A DNA stretch of 64,000 bases from Bacteroidales bacterium (GTDB taxonomy: Bacteria > Bacteroidota > Bacteroidia > Bacteroidales > UBA932), in NCBI GenBank assembly GCA_031549685.1, contig JAVBPG010000042.1, forward strand, positions 3,826-67,825, read 5' to 3'. Below the pieces are notes generated by a model. The model did not search any database. It was given only the letters and a program-made list of their open reading frames with translations, and was not told the DNA's origin. Shown here one piece after another: positions 8,194 through 17,518 of the stretch. A program made the translations under genes and the position numbers. Numbering within the stretch: the first letter of the stretch is position 1; every line of letters begins with the position of its first letter.

Positions 8194-9876
8194 ATGAAAC
8201 CCAAGCAAAAAGACATCCTGTCCTTCATGGCCATCATCGCGGTGGTGGTGCTGGTTTGCCTGTTGGCCGGTGCGCTCGGCCTGCGCCTCGACCTCACGGC
8301 CGACAAGCGCTACACGCTGTCGGAGCCTACGCGGAAAATGCTGCGCGATCAGCGTGAGCCGCTGTACATCAAGGTCTATTTGGATGGCGAAATGCCGGTG
8401 GGCATGCGCCCCCTGCAGCGCGCCGTGCGCGATATGCTGGAGGACATGAAGTCGTACGCCGGAGGCGATTTGCTGGTGGAGTACATCAACCCTTCTGCTG
8501 AAAGTAAAAAAAATAGGGAGGCTCTATACCGCGACCTTATGCAGAAGGGCTTGCAGCCGTTTACCGTGCAGGAAAAAAATGCCGAGGGAGGCGTTACGCA
8601 GATGGACTTGTTTCCGGGCGCCGTGGTGGCGCTGGGGGGCAGGCTGCAGGCGGTAAATTTTTTGCAAAGCAACCGGCAAGTTTCTACTGAGGAGAACGTT
8701 AACAACGCCATACAAAACCTGGAGTACGCTTTTATCAGCGCCGTTGAAGCCTTGGCGCGCAGGGAGCAAAAGCACATTGCGTTTATCGATGGGCACGGGG
8801 AGCTGAGCGCGGCGCAGGTAGGCGATATTGCGCGCGAGCTTTCGCCTTACTACCGGGTAAGCCGCGTAACGCCGGGCGGCGATGTGGCCTCGCTCAACGG
8901 CTGCGACCTGGCGATAGTGGCCAAGCCCACCAAGCCCTGGAGTGAAGCCGATAAGTTGGTGCTCGACCAGCTGGTCATGCGCGGCGGAAAGGTGGCCTGG
9001 TTTGTTGACCCCGTACACGTGCATGAGGATAGCCTGGCCAACGGCCACATGACCTTTGGCCTAGCCGACGACCTCAACCTGAACGATATGTTTTTTTGCT
9101 ACGGGGCGCGCGTAAACGCCGATGTGGTGCAGGATTTGCAGTGCGCCATGATTCCGGTAAACGTATCTCCGGCCGGCATGCCCGCTAAGTTTGCGCCGCT
9201 GCCGTGGACGTACTATCCGCTGCTTTCCGCCTCGTCCGGTAACCCTATTTCGCGCAACCTGAATGTGGTGAAAACCGAGTTTCCGGGCACCATCGATACC
9301 CTGGCGGTGCCGGGCGTTGCCAAGGAAATTCTGCTGGCCACCTCGCAGCACTCGCTGGTAAAGGGAGCGCCGTTCTACGTGGGCCTGGAGCAGGTAACGG
9401 ACGATATTGACCCGAGGCTGTACAACAAAAAGTCGTTGCCCGTGGCGGTGCTTTTGCAGGGAGAGTTTGCCTCTATTTTCCGGCACCGCGTGCTGAGCCC
9501 GTACAACAACGGACGCCCCTTTGATTTCATGCCCCAAAGTAAGTTTACCTCGCAGGTGGTGGTGGCCGACGGCGATGTGATTCGCAACGATGTAATGGCC
9601 AACGGGACGATTTTGCCCCTGGGCTACGACCGCTACACCAAGCAAATTTTGTACGGCAACAAGGATTTTGTGAAGAATGTGGTCAACTTTTTGTGCGACG
9701 ATAGCGGCCTTATGTCCTTGCGTGGCAAGGTGGTAACCCTGCGCCTGCTTGACCGGGTGCGGGTGGTGCGCGAGCGCAACCTGTGGATTGCGCTAAACAC
9801 CGTAGCGCCCATTGTGGTGCTGGCCGCCGGAGGGCTGCTGTTTGTATATTGGAGAAAAAGGAAGTACGCAAGGTAG
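8194..9876 (+). CDS. gldG: GldG-like gliding-associated ABC transporter auxiliary/substrate-binding component
   Basis: It has N- and C-terminal TM anchors and ABC_transp_aux-like sequence (YTLSEPTRKML…IDGHGE…). I chose the start at MKPKQK. Confidence 0.75.
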   Translation: MKPKQKDILSFMAIIAVVVLVCLLAGALGLRLDLTADKRYTLSEPTRKMLRDQREPLYIKVYLDGEMPVGMRPLQRAVRDMLEDMKSYAGGDLLVEYINPSAESKKNREALYRDLMQKGLQPFTVQEKNAEGGVTQMDLFPGAVVALGGRLQAVNFLQSNRQVSTEENVNNAIQNLEYAFISAVEALARREQKHIAFIDGHGELSAAQVGDIARELSPYYRVSRVTPGGDVASLNGCDLAIVAKPTKPWSEADKLVLDQLVMRGGKVAWFVDPVHVHEDSLANGHMTFGLADDLNLNDMFFCYGARVNADVVQDLQCAMIPVNVSPAGMPAKFAPLPWTYYPLLSASSGNPISRNLNVVKTEFPGTIDTLAVPGVAKEILLATSQHSLVKGAPFYVGLEQVTDDIDPRLYNKKSLPVAVLLQGEFASIFRHRVLSPYNNGRPFDFMPQSKFTSQVVVADGDVIRNDVMANGTILPLGYDRYTKQILYGNKDFVKNVVNFLCDDSGLMSLRGKVVTLRLLDRVRVVRERNLWIALNTVAPIVVLAAGGLLFVYWRKRKYAR

Positions 9877-9912
9877 CTGAGCCTCACTAGGCTTTGAGAC
9901 CCTGTTCGGGGT

Positions 9913-9940
9913 GTCATTGCGGGTTTGACCCGCAATCTCC
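9913..9940 (+). repeat. GTCAT-family hairpin unit (gtcattgcgggtttgacccgcaatctcc)
   Basis: The hairpin is self-complementary (attgcggg/cccgcaat) and lies just after the gldG stop. Confidence 0.75.
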
Positions 9941-9999
9941 TGATGTGTGTGCGCTTCAAGGACTTTCTTATCTTATGGTTTTGTGTGAATATTGAATTG

Positions 10000-10626
10000 A
10001 TGACAGAACAAGAGCTTTTGACAGAAGGAAAAATGCTGCCCCTGGTGGAGGACTTCTACACCATACAGGGCGAGGGGTTTCATACGGGCAAGCCCGCGTA
10101 CTTCATTCGCCTTGGCGGCTGCGATGTGGGTTGCCGCTGGTGCGACGCCAAGCAAACGTGGAATGCGAAGGTTTTTCCGCCCGTTTTGACCGATGAAATT
10201 GTGAAGCGGGCGCTTTCGTACCCCGCGCAGGCGGTGGTGGTAACCGGCGGCGAGCCGCTGAACTACAACCTTGAATATCTTTGCAATACCTTGAAAGATA
10301 GCGGGGTGCAAACTTTTTTGGAAACCTCGGGCTCGCAGCCTTTGTCGGGCTTGTGGGATTGGATTTGCCTTTCGCCGAAGCAAAAGCAAGCGCCGCTGCC
10401 CGAAATTTTTACCAAGGCCAGCGAGCTGAAGGTCATTGTGGAGGAGGAAAAGGATTTGCGCTGGGCCGAGGAGTGCGCCGCCAAGGTTTCGAGCGCGTGC
10501 CTGCTGTTTTTGCAGCCGGAGTGGAGTAGGCATAAGGCGATTATGCCCACCATAGTGGAGTACGCCAAGCAGCACCCGCGCTGGAATATTTCCATTCAGG
10601 CGCACAAGTTTATGGAGGTGCCGTAA
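10000..10626 (+). CDS. queE: 7-carboxy-7-deazaguanine synthase (radical SAM)
   Basis: The sequence FYTIQGEGFHTGKPAYFIRLGGCDVGCRWCD is typical of QueE. I chose the start at MTEQEL, because the track start at 9925 lies inside the repeat. Confidence 0.9.
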   Translation: MTEQELLTEGKMLPLVEDFYTIQGEGFHTGKPAYFIRLGGCDVGCRWCDAKQTWNAKVFPPVLTDEIVKRALSYPAQAVVVTGGEPLNYNLEYLCNTLKDSGVQTFLETSGSQPLSGLWDWICLSPKQKQAPLPEIFTKASELKVIVEEEKDLRWAEECAAKVSSACLLFLQPEWSRHKAIMPTIVEYAKQHPRWNISIQAHKFMEVP

Positions 10627-10639
10627 ATAAAAGTTGACC

Positions 10640-11758
10640 ATGAGAATAGCTATTTTATCTCCATTCTATCCATATAGAGGTGGCATTGCCGAATTCAGCA
10701 ATATGCTGTACGGCGCCCTGCGCGAGCAGGGGCATGAGGTGCAGGCGGTAACGTTTACGCGCATGTACCCTGATTTTTTATTCCCCGGAAAAACCCAATA
10801 CGTGGAGGGGGTTTCGGGCTTCGAGCAGCTGAAGGCGGAAAGAATTCTGGATAGCATAAATCCGTTTTCCTATGTTAAAACTGCCCGACAAATTAGGAAG
10901 TTTAAGCCGGATGTGGTAATAGTTTCCTACTGGATGACGTTTTTTATTCCCGCCTACTCAGCTGTGCTGTTTTTACTTGGGCGCAAAGCTAAAACCATTA
11001 CGCTTTTTCATAATGTAATCTCGCACGAACCTCGCAAGCTCGATAGGTTTTTGACAAAATTCTTTATAAAAAGAGCCTCCGCATCGCTTGTTTTAAGTAA
11101 TGCCGTGAAGTCGGATTTGCTTACGTTGAACCCTGCTGCTAAATATTTGTACTCTCCGCATCCGCTTTACAACCATTTTGGTAGCGCTATGGAGAGGCTA
11201 CAGGCGCAGTACCGCCTGGGCTTAAATCCGAACAAAAAAACGCTGCTTTTTTTTGGCCTGATACGCGACTACAAAGGCCTGGATTTACTCATTGAGGCGT
11301 TTGGCAAGCTGCCGTCGGACTACCAGCTGCTGATAGCCGGCGAGCCGTACGGCGATTTTGAAAAATACGCCAAGCAAATTGCCGCCCTGCCCAACGCGCA
11401 GGATGTACACTACGAGGCGCGCTACATTAAGGACGATGAGGTGCCGCTGTTTTTCTCTGCCGCTGATGTGTGCATTTTGCCGTACCGCTCGGCCACGCAG
11501 AGCGGTATTACCTCCATAGCGTACCACTTCAACCTGCCCATGATTGCTACCAACGTAGGCGGGCTGCAGGAGAGCGTCCGCGATGGCGAAAACGGCGTGG
11601 TGGTTGCTCCCCGCGTTGATGATATTGTGGGCGGCGTTAACCGCTTTTTTGCCGGGGACAACCGGGAAAAGTTTGCGGGCGCCATTGCGCAGCTGAAAAA
11701 AGAACTCTCGTGGGAGGCGCTGGCCAAAGCCATAACCGATTTTAGCCAAACGCTGTAG
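10640..11758 (+). CDS. Glycosyltransferase, family 4 type (GT-B fold)
   Basis: It begins RIAILSPFYPYRGGIAEF and has a C-terminal Glycos_transf_1-like region with the EG…E motif area (…GLQESVRDGENG). Confidence 0.85.
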   Translation: MRIAILSPFYPYRGGIAEFSNMLYGALREQGHEVQAVTFTRMYPDFLFPGKTQYVEGVSGFEQLKAERILDSINPFSYVKTARQIRKFKPDVVIVSYWMTFFIPAYSAVLFLLGRKAKTITLFHNVISHEPRKLDRFLTKFFIKRASASLVLSNAVKSDLLTLNPAAKYLYSPHPLYNHFGSAMERLQAQYRLGLNPNKKTLLFFGLIRDYKGLDLLIEAFGKLPSDYQLLIAGEPYGDFEKYAKQIAALPNAQDVHYEARYIKDDEVPLFFSAADVCILPYRSATQSGITSIAYHFNLPMIATNVGGLQESVRDGENGVVVAPRVDDIVGGVNRFFAGDNREKFAGAIAQLKKELSWEALAKAITDFSQTL

Positions 11759-11760
11759 CC

Positions 11761-12585
11761 ATGGTTGATTTTGCCGCCTCCCTATCGGTTCGGATAGCCC
11801 GCATTGCGGCGGCCTGCGAGCTGCAGGATATGGGCACGCCTTTTGCCTTGCTACACGTTCCCGAAAAAAACATAGCCTTTCATTTGGTGGACCTGGACAC
11901 CTATAAGCTGCTCGCTGCCCACCGCAGCTGCGAGCTTTTCTTTAGGGATTTGTCAAAGCGATACGAGCGGCAGGGCGTTCAGCTCATTCACGTCTGGGAG
12001 GATGTTTGGCGTCGACAAACCGCTCAGGTAGAGGCGCGCATTGAGGCCTTGATGGGCCGGTTTACGCGCTACCACGCACGGCTTACCACGGTAAAAAAAA
12101 TTACCAACCCGGTGCTGGTGGGTTTTTTGGCTCAGCACCACCTGCAGGTTCCCCTTGGCGGGCGGTACAAGTACGGGCTTTTTTACAAGGACGAGCTGCT
12201 GGCGGTGGCATCGTTCAGCGCTGTGCGCCCCATGGTGCGGAGCGGGGTGGAGTACCGCTCGCACGAGCTGCTTCGCTTTGCCAATAAAACGGGCTGTGTG
12301 GTGGCGGGCGGCCTGGGCAAGTTGCTTTCGCACTTTATCAAAGAGCAGCACCCCGATGATATTATGACCTACGTGGATTGCGATTGGGGCAACGGAAAAG
12401 GCTACAAAATGCTGGGGTTTGAAGAGGTGGGAGCGCTGCCTCCGCAGAAATTTTTGTTAGATGAAAAGAGTAATGCTCGCTACTATGAGCGCCTGCTGCC
12501 GGATAATGAAAAGGAAGAGTTTTTTGTAAATATTTTTAATTCAGGAAGTTATAAATGTGTAAGAGATGTAAAAAGCAAGGGGTAG
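11761..12585 (+). CDS. Hypothetical protein with a possible GNAT-like C-terminal half
   Basis: The 274-aa ORF starts 2 nt after the glycosyltransferase stop. The C-terminal ELLRFANKTGCVVAGGLGKLLSHF resembles an acyl-CoA-binding GNAT segment. I did not confidently recognise a family. Confidence 0.55.
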   Translation: MVDFAASLSVRIARIAAACELQDMGTPFALLHVPEKNIAFHLVDLDTYKLLAAHRSCELFFRDLSKRYERQGVQLIHVWEDVWRRQTAQVEARIEALMGRFTRYHARLTTVKKITNPVLVGFLAQHHLQVPLGGRYKYGLFYKDELLAVASFSAVRPMVRSGVEYRSHELLRFANKTGCVVAGGLGKLLSHFIKEQHPDDIMTYVDCDWGNGKGYKMLGFEEVGALPPQKFLLDEKSNARYYERLLPDNEKEEFFVNIFNSGSYKCVRDVKSKG

Positions 12586-12616
12586 GGCAGGAGTTTTATA
12601 CTTACTGCAATTTTTC

Positions 12617-12624
12617 TATCTTTG
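12617..12624 (+). promoter_or_regulatory. Candidate -7 box TATCTTTG for tRNA-Arg
   Basis: It matches TAnnTTTG and ends 10 nt before the tRNA 5' end. The tRNA-Pro gene has the same geometry. Confidence 0.5.
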
Positions 12625-12634
12625 CAATCCTTTT

Positions 12635-12708
12635 GGTCCCATAGCTCAGCTGGATAGAGCAACAGATTTCTAATCTGTCGGCCGCAGGTTCGAATCCTGC
12701 TGGGATCA
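12635..12708 (+). tRNA. tRNA-Arg (anticodon TCT)
   Basis: I folded a 74-nt cloverleaf by hand. It has the acceptor pair GGTCCCA/TGGGATC, an anticodon stem ACAGA/TCTGT with loop TTTCTAA, and a T-loop GGTTCGAATCC. Confidence 0.9.
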
Positions 12709-12712
12709 CGCA

Positions 12713-12751
12713 AAAAGGGCTGCCATCGCAATAAGATGGCAGCCCTTTTTT
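12713..12751. terminator. Bidirectional intrinsic terminator
   Basis: The 15-bp perfect stem aaaagggctgccatc / gatggcagccctttt is flanked by A and T runs. It lies between tRNA-Arg and the 3' end of rhaM. Confidence 0.85.
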
Positions 12752-13065
12752 CACGCTAAGTAAAACACCTCTTTTATATCAATACTGATAGGTGAATTAT
12801 CGGGGTTTACTTCCATAATGTCGGCCATGTAGTCCCACCATTTTTTTACAATCGGATTGCCGCCCAAGTCTTGAGATGAGGCATCACCAGATACCTTTTG
12901 CGTAGCAAAAAGAATGTTGGTGTCTTTGTCCCAAAAGATGGAGTAGTCGCTTACCCCTGTTGATTTGATAAGGGCGGCCAACTCCGGCCAAATAGCGTTG
13001 TGTCGTTTCTCATACTCAGCCTCCATGCCGGGCTTGAGTATCATTTTAAATCCTTTACGTACCAT
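12751..13065 (-). CDS. rhaM: L-rhamnose mutarotase
   Basis: The 104-aa ORF has the motif KPGMEAEYEKRHNAIWPEL…, typical of the RhaM/YiiL family. Confidence 0.9.
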   Translation of the reverse strand: MVRKGFKMILKPGMEAEYEKRHNAIWPELAALIKSTGVSDYSIFWDKDTNILFATQKVSGDASSQDLGGNPIVKKWWDYMADIMEVNPDNSPISIDIKEVFYLA

Positions 13066-13088
13066 AAAATTTAGTTTTTGATTGAGAT

Positions 13089-14630
13089 TTATTGAACAGA
13101 TAATACCACTATTGACTTTGCCGGAAGCGTGAGTAGCAGCTTTCCCTTGCTGATTTTAGTTGAGCTAAAGCTGGCGGGTGCCACTATGTTGGAATTTTCG
13201 AACGTGTTGTGATCGGTAATGTTTTTGGCAGTAAGAATTAAGCCACTTGCGCTTTTGAATTTAGTGTCGCCCAGGTCAATGTTGATCACCCTATCGCCAT
13301 CGGGGTCAACGTTGGCGAGCGATATGTGCACTACGCCGTTTTTATCTTTAGAGGCTGAGGCGCTAACCATGGGAACATTTTTCTCCCGAACAACCTTGGT
13401 GTCGCACATGATGTCGAGCGGCAGGTGGGTAGCATCCTGGTGCACCTGGTACATGTTAAATACGTGATAGGTAGGCGTAAGCACCATTTTGTCGTCTTTG
13501 GTTAGTATCATCGATTGCAGCACATTAACTATTTGCGCTATGTTGGTCATTTGCACGCGGTCGGTGTATTTATGAAATACGTTGAGGCTTAAAGCAGCCA
13601 CAAACGCATCGCGCATAGTGTTTTGCTGGTATAGGAATCCTGGGTTTGTACCGGGTTCTACATCCCACCAGGTTCCCCACTCATCCACCATTAAGCCTAC
13701 TTTTTTTGCCTTATCGTACTTATCCATGATTTCGATGTGTTTTTTCACAACATCTTCTATCTCCAGGCATTTGCCAATAGTCCAAAAGTAGGCCTCTTTG
13801 TCAAATTGTGTGGCAGATCCTTTACTCCCTTTCCATCCGGTAACAGTATAGTAATGAAGCGATAGTCCATGCATTCGGGTGCCTGCATTTTTCATCAGCG
13901 TTTCAGTCCAATTGTAGTCGTAGTCGCTGGCGCCGCTGGCTATTTTGAAGAGCTTATTTTCGTCGAAGTTACGGCAGTAGGTGGAGTAGCGGCGGTACAG
14001 GTCGGCGTAGTACTCGGGGCGCATGCTGCCGCCACAGCCCCAGCTCTCGTTGCCCACGCCGAGATATTTTACCTTCCATGGTTTTTCGCGTCCGTTCCGG
14101 CGGCGCAGGTTGGCCATGGGGCTATCGCCGTCGGAAGTCATGTACTCTACCCACTTGGCCATTTCCTCCACGGTGCCGCTGCCCACATTGGCGCTCACAT
14201 ATGGTTCGCATTCCAGCAGCTCGCAGAGGTTAAGAAATTCATGGGTGCCAAAGCTGTTGTCCTCTACTACTCCTCCCCAGTTGTTGTTTACCATTTTAGG
14301 GCGATTCTCGCGAGGTCCAATGCCGTCCATCCAGTGATATTCGTCAGCAAAGCACCCGCCGGGCCAGCGCAGGTTGGGAATTTTAAGTGCTTTGAGCGCT
14401 GTTAGCACATCGTTGCGGTAGCCGTTGGTATTAGGAATGGATGAATTCTCGCCAACCCAAATGCCGCCGTATATGCACGAGCCAAGATGCTCGGCAAATT
14501 GTCCGTAAATATGCTTGCTAATGATTTGCTTACCCTGTTCGGGGTAGATGCGAATGCTGACTTCTTTGCTTTGGGCAGATAGGAAATTTGCACAGCAGCA
14601 TAGGGTAATGGTCAGAAAAAATCTTTGCAT
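13089..14630 (-). CDS. Alpha-L-arabinofuranosidase, GH51
   Basis: It has a signal peptide followed by [10 protein letters not shown]…[14 protein letters not shown]…[11 protein letters not shown], characteristic of GH51. Confidence 0.9.
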   Translation of the reverse strand: MQRFFLTITLCCCANFLSAQSKEVSIRIYPEQGKQIISKHIYGQFAEHLGSCIYGGIWVGENSSIPNTNGYRNDVLTALKALKIPNLRWPGGCFADEYHWMDGIGPRENRPKMVNNNWGGVVEDNSFGTHEFLNLCELLECEPYVSANVGSGTVEEMAKWVEYMTSDGDSPMANLRRRNGREKPWKVKYLGVGNESWGCGGSMRPEYYADLYRRYSTYCRNFDENKLFKIASGASDYDYNWTETLMKNAGTRMHGLSLHYYTVTGWKGSKGSATQFDKEAYFWTIGKCLEIEDVVKKHIEIMDKYDKAKKVGLMVDEWGTWWDVEPGTNPGFLYQQNTMRDAFVAALSLNVFHKYTDRVQMTNIAQIVNVLQSMILTKDDKMVLTPTYHVFNMYQVHQDATHLPLDIMCDTKVVREKNVPMVSASASKDKNGVVHISLANVDPDGDRVINIDLGDTKFKSASGLILTAKNITDHNTFENSNIVAPASFSSTKISKGKLLLTLPAKSIVVLSVQ

Positions 14631-14735
14631 AAAAATAGGTGTTGGTTATTTTTATGCAAAGAAATTCTTTTAGCCTTATGCTAAGATGTAAAAGCGTCCC
14701 GAAAGAATGGAATTTTGTTCAGAGCCAGGCTTTAA

Positions 14736-16706
14736 CTAGAATTTAATTCGATATAGGTTAAAAGAATTAGGCTCTGATTTTATATTTAACGTATTGCTAT
14801 TTAATACCGTGCTGCTATTTTGAGGTGTAATACTATTGGGGCTGTCCAGCGTGTTTTCCTGATCCGGTTTTCCATGCAAAGTAATGACTTCGACTTGGGG
14901 TTGTATTACCATCTTTTTGTTTACTCCTTCCAGTTTTATGTTAATGCTTTTTTGTTCGGCAGAAGTATTGACCAACTTAATAATGAATTCCTTTTTCTGG
15001 GTATCAATAGTTGCGCTTGCATAGAGACCATCCTGTCCGGTAGCAGCCTGATTATTGTGGGTGAGGGATAGTACATTTGTACCTTTATACGTAGCGTACA
15101 GCTGTTGAACATAGTAGCTTGGCGTGCGCACGCAGCGCAGGTTGTCAAACCAAATGAGGTCGGGACGCCACTGCCAAGCATCAACGTGGGCAAACAGGGG
15201 AGCGTAGGTGCACATGTGTACCACATCGGCATTGCGCTCAAGTCCTGTCATAAACGCCGATTCGCACAACGCGGCTTCATAAGTATTCTTTTTGCTTTTT
15301 GGATGGCAGGCGTATTCTCCGGCAAAAACTTTTGGTCCTTTGCGGTCGTAGCTGTCGTAGCGCGTAGCTTCCTTCAAAAACCACTCGGGAGAGCGGTAGT
15401 AGTGCTCGTCAACCAAGTCCACCTTTAGCCGCTTCATCTCCGGCCATAGGTAGTCAAAGTCTTTGCCCTCGGCCTGCGGCCCGGAGCTGCCAATGATTTT
15501 TATTTGCGGATACGCCTTGCGAATGGCCTTTATAAATTGCTCCAGCCTTTCGGGGTACTCTTGGCCCCACTGCTCGTTGCCTATGCCAATAAATTTAAGG
15601 TTGAAAGGCTCCGGGTGTCCCATGTCGGCGCGCAGCTTGCCCCATGTGCTTGTTGCGCTGCCATTGGCAAATTCAATGAGGTCGAGCGCGTCTTGAATGT
15701 AGCATTCCAGGCTGTCGGTGTGTACATGCGCCTCCTGATTTTTGTTCTGGTACTGGCAGGCTAAACCGCAGTTGAGCACGGGCAGCGGTTCGGCTCCCAA
15801 ATCCTCGGAGAGCAGAAAGAATTCGTAGAATCCTAATCCGTACGATTGAAAATAGTCGGGGTAAAAGCGGTGCGGAAAGGTGTAGTGCCAGCGGTTCTCA
15901 TTCAACGGACGATTTTCTACAGGGCCTACTGATTTCTTCCAATCGTAGCGTGTTTCTAAATCGGTGCCCTCTACAATGCATCCGCCGGGAAAGCGAAATA
16001 CGCCCGGCTTAAGTTCGGCTAGCGCTTGTGCTAAATCCTTGCGCAAGCCGTTTTCGCGCTCTCTCCACGTATCTGCCGGGAATAGCGATATGTGCTCCAA
16101 ATCTATAGAGCCAGTAGAAGTCAAGAAGATACGGAGGTTCGCGCGCGCTTCCTCTTTTTTTGAAGTTAGCATCAGCTCGTATCTTTTCCACTCTTTAGAG
16201 TCAACGGTTAGCTCCCTTTTTTCAAAAGGGTTATTGTCGCTATCCACCAGCTCTACCCTTATTTTCTGGGTGGCGCTGTTGCTGCTGATTTTTGCCCAAA
16301 CAGAAAAACGATACTCCGCGTTTTTATGCACGCCAATACCTCTGAACCCTTCATTCTCAATGCCTGTATGCTTGTGCGAATGCTCTGCATTGCTGAGCCG
16401 TATGTAGTGTGGATTACGCTCAAACGGAGCGCTGTCGGTGCGGATTTCTACCTTGCCGAAAGTATTCCAACCCATAAATGCTTGAGGAAATTCAAACGAG
16501 CGGTTTTTTACGAGCTCCGCATATAGCCCGCCATCGGCACCAAAGTTGATGTCTTCGAAAAATAATCCGTACATGGTGGGCTGAATTTTTGCACCCACGT
16601 TTTTTACATCCAGCGTCAGGTTATACTCGGGTTGCTGCGCGTAAAGCGAAAACGAACAAAACGCGGCAAAAAATAAGGTTAGGCCTTTGGTGGAAAAATA
16701 CTGCAT
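14736..16706 (-). CDS. Alpha-L-arabinofuranosidase, GH51, with an N-terminal carbohydrate-binding-like domain
   Basis: It has a signal peptide, a roughly 200-aa beta-sandwich-like N-terminal region, then FRFPGGCIVEG…IGIGNEQWG. Confidence 0.85.
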   Translation of the reverse strand: MQYFSTKGLTLFFAAFCSFSLYAQQPEYNLTLDVKNVGAKIQPTMYGLFFEDINFGADGGLYAELVKNRSFEFPQAFMGWNTFGKVEIRTDSAPFERNPHYIRLSNAEHSHKHTGIENEGFRGIGVHKNAEYRFSVWAKISSNSATQKIRVELVDSDNNPFEKRELTVDSKEWKRYELMLTSKKEEARANLRIFLTSTGSIDLEHISLFPADTWRERENGLRKDLAQALAELKPGVFRFPGGCIVEGTDLETRYDWKKSVGPVENRPLNENRWHYTFPHRFYPDYFQSYGLGFYEFFLLSEDLGAEPLPVLNCGLACQYQNKNQEAHVHTDSLECYIQDALDLIEFANGSATSTWGKLRADMGHPEPFNLKFIGIGNEQWGQEYPERLEQFIKAIRKAYPQIKIIGSSGPQAEGKDFDYLWPEMKRLKVDLVDEHYYRSPEWFLKEATRYDSYDRKGPKVFAGEYACHPKSKKNTYEAALCESAFMTGLERNADVVHMCTYAPLFAHVDAWQWRPDLIWFDNLRCVRTPSYYVQQLYATYKGTNVLSLTHNNQAATGQDGLYASATIDTQKKEFIIKLVNTSAEQKSINIKLEGVNKKMVIQPQVEVITLHGKPDQENTLDSPNSITPQNSSTVLNSNTLNIKSEPNSFNLYRIKF

Positions 16707-16766
16707 GGTAGATTATTTTGTTGAATAAAGTACAAAGTAGCAAAATATTCTACATGAATGCAAATG

Positions 16767-16806
16767 CAAAAAAAAGGGGCTATCCAACTCTTGGATAGCC
16801 CCTTTT
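16767..16806. terminator. Bidirectional intrinsic terminator
   Basis: The 12-bp stem ggggctatccaa / ttggatagcccc has an A-run upstream and T's downstream. It lies downstream of the thioredoxin-like gene. Confidence 0.85.
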
Positions 16807-16814
16807 CCCTTTCC

Positions 16815-17342
16815 CTACCTCTTCTCCCCTGGCCATTTAAACGTTTTGTTGAATTCCTCCCACGTGGTTTTGGTGCTGTAAATTCCTTCGCCCATATATA
16901 CCATGAACGGGGCAAATTGCTCGGGGGCAAGGTAGCCGCTCTGCACGTGCAGCAGCTGGAACTTTTCATCCATAAATACCACCGAGGGGTAGCTCATCTT
17001 ACCCTGCAGCAGCGATGCCGCCAGCATGTGGGTTGACCTGCGGCCCTGCCCGGGATTGGTAAATACATGACCTTGAAAGCGAATGGTGTCCATGGTTTCA
17101 GCGTTCAGCTTCACAGGGTAGTAGTACCTGTTCATGTACGCGGCAATTTCGGGGTCGCCGAAGGTGTTGCGGTCGTACACCTTGCACCAGCCGCACCAGT
17201 CGGTGTACACATCAATAAAAATCTTTTTCGGTTGCTTTTTGCACAACTCCACCGCCTCCTCAAAGTCATACCACTTAATGCTTTGAGCTAGTGCTGCAGC
17301 GCCAATGCTCACCAGTAGTAGCGATGCAATAATTTTTTTCAT
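16815..17342 (-). CDS. Thioredoxin-fold protein (secreted, DUF255/TlpA-like)
   Basis: It has the signal peptide MKKIIASLLLVSIGAAALAQS and a WCGWC active-site motif. The track ORF extends to 17375. Confidence 0.8.
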   Translation of the reverse strand: MKKIIASLLLVSIGAAALAQSIKWYDFEEAVELCKKQPKKIFIDVYTDWCGWCKVYDRNTFGDPEIAAYMNRYYYPVKLNAETMDTIRFQGHVFTNPGQGRRSTHMLAASLLQGKMSYPSVVFMDEKFQLLHVQSGYLAPEQFAPFMVYMGEGIYSTKTTWEEFNKTFKWPGEKR

Positions 17343-17518
17343 CAAGATATAGTGCTCCTTTTTGCTGTTGTTCATGCAAAAGTACGCTCAAAGCTGCCTG
17401 TTGCCCATGCAGGTAGTAATATACTTTGTTAAATTGGGTTGCGCGTATTTCTTATTTAGCTATCTTTAGGCTGTCTGTTTTTCGAAAAATTTTCTAACGA
17501 CATTTAAACATAAAATCC

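Noticed and set aside
12549-12731. ORFs overlapping tRNA genes, including 39694-40002 and 39888-40124
   Set aside because: They are fully explained by the tRNA-Arg and tRNA-Pro cloverleaves and the flanking terminators.
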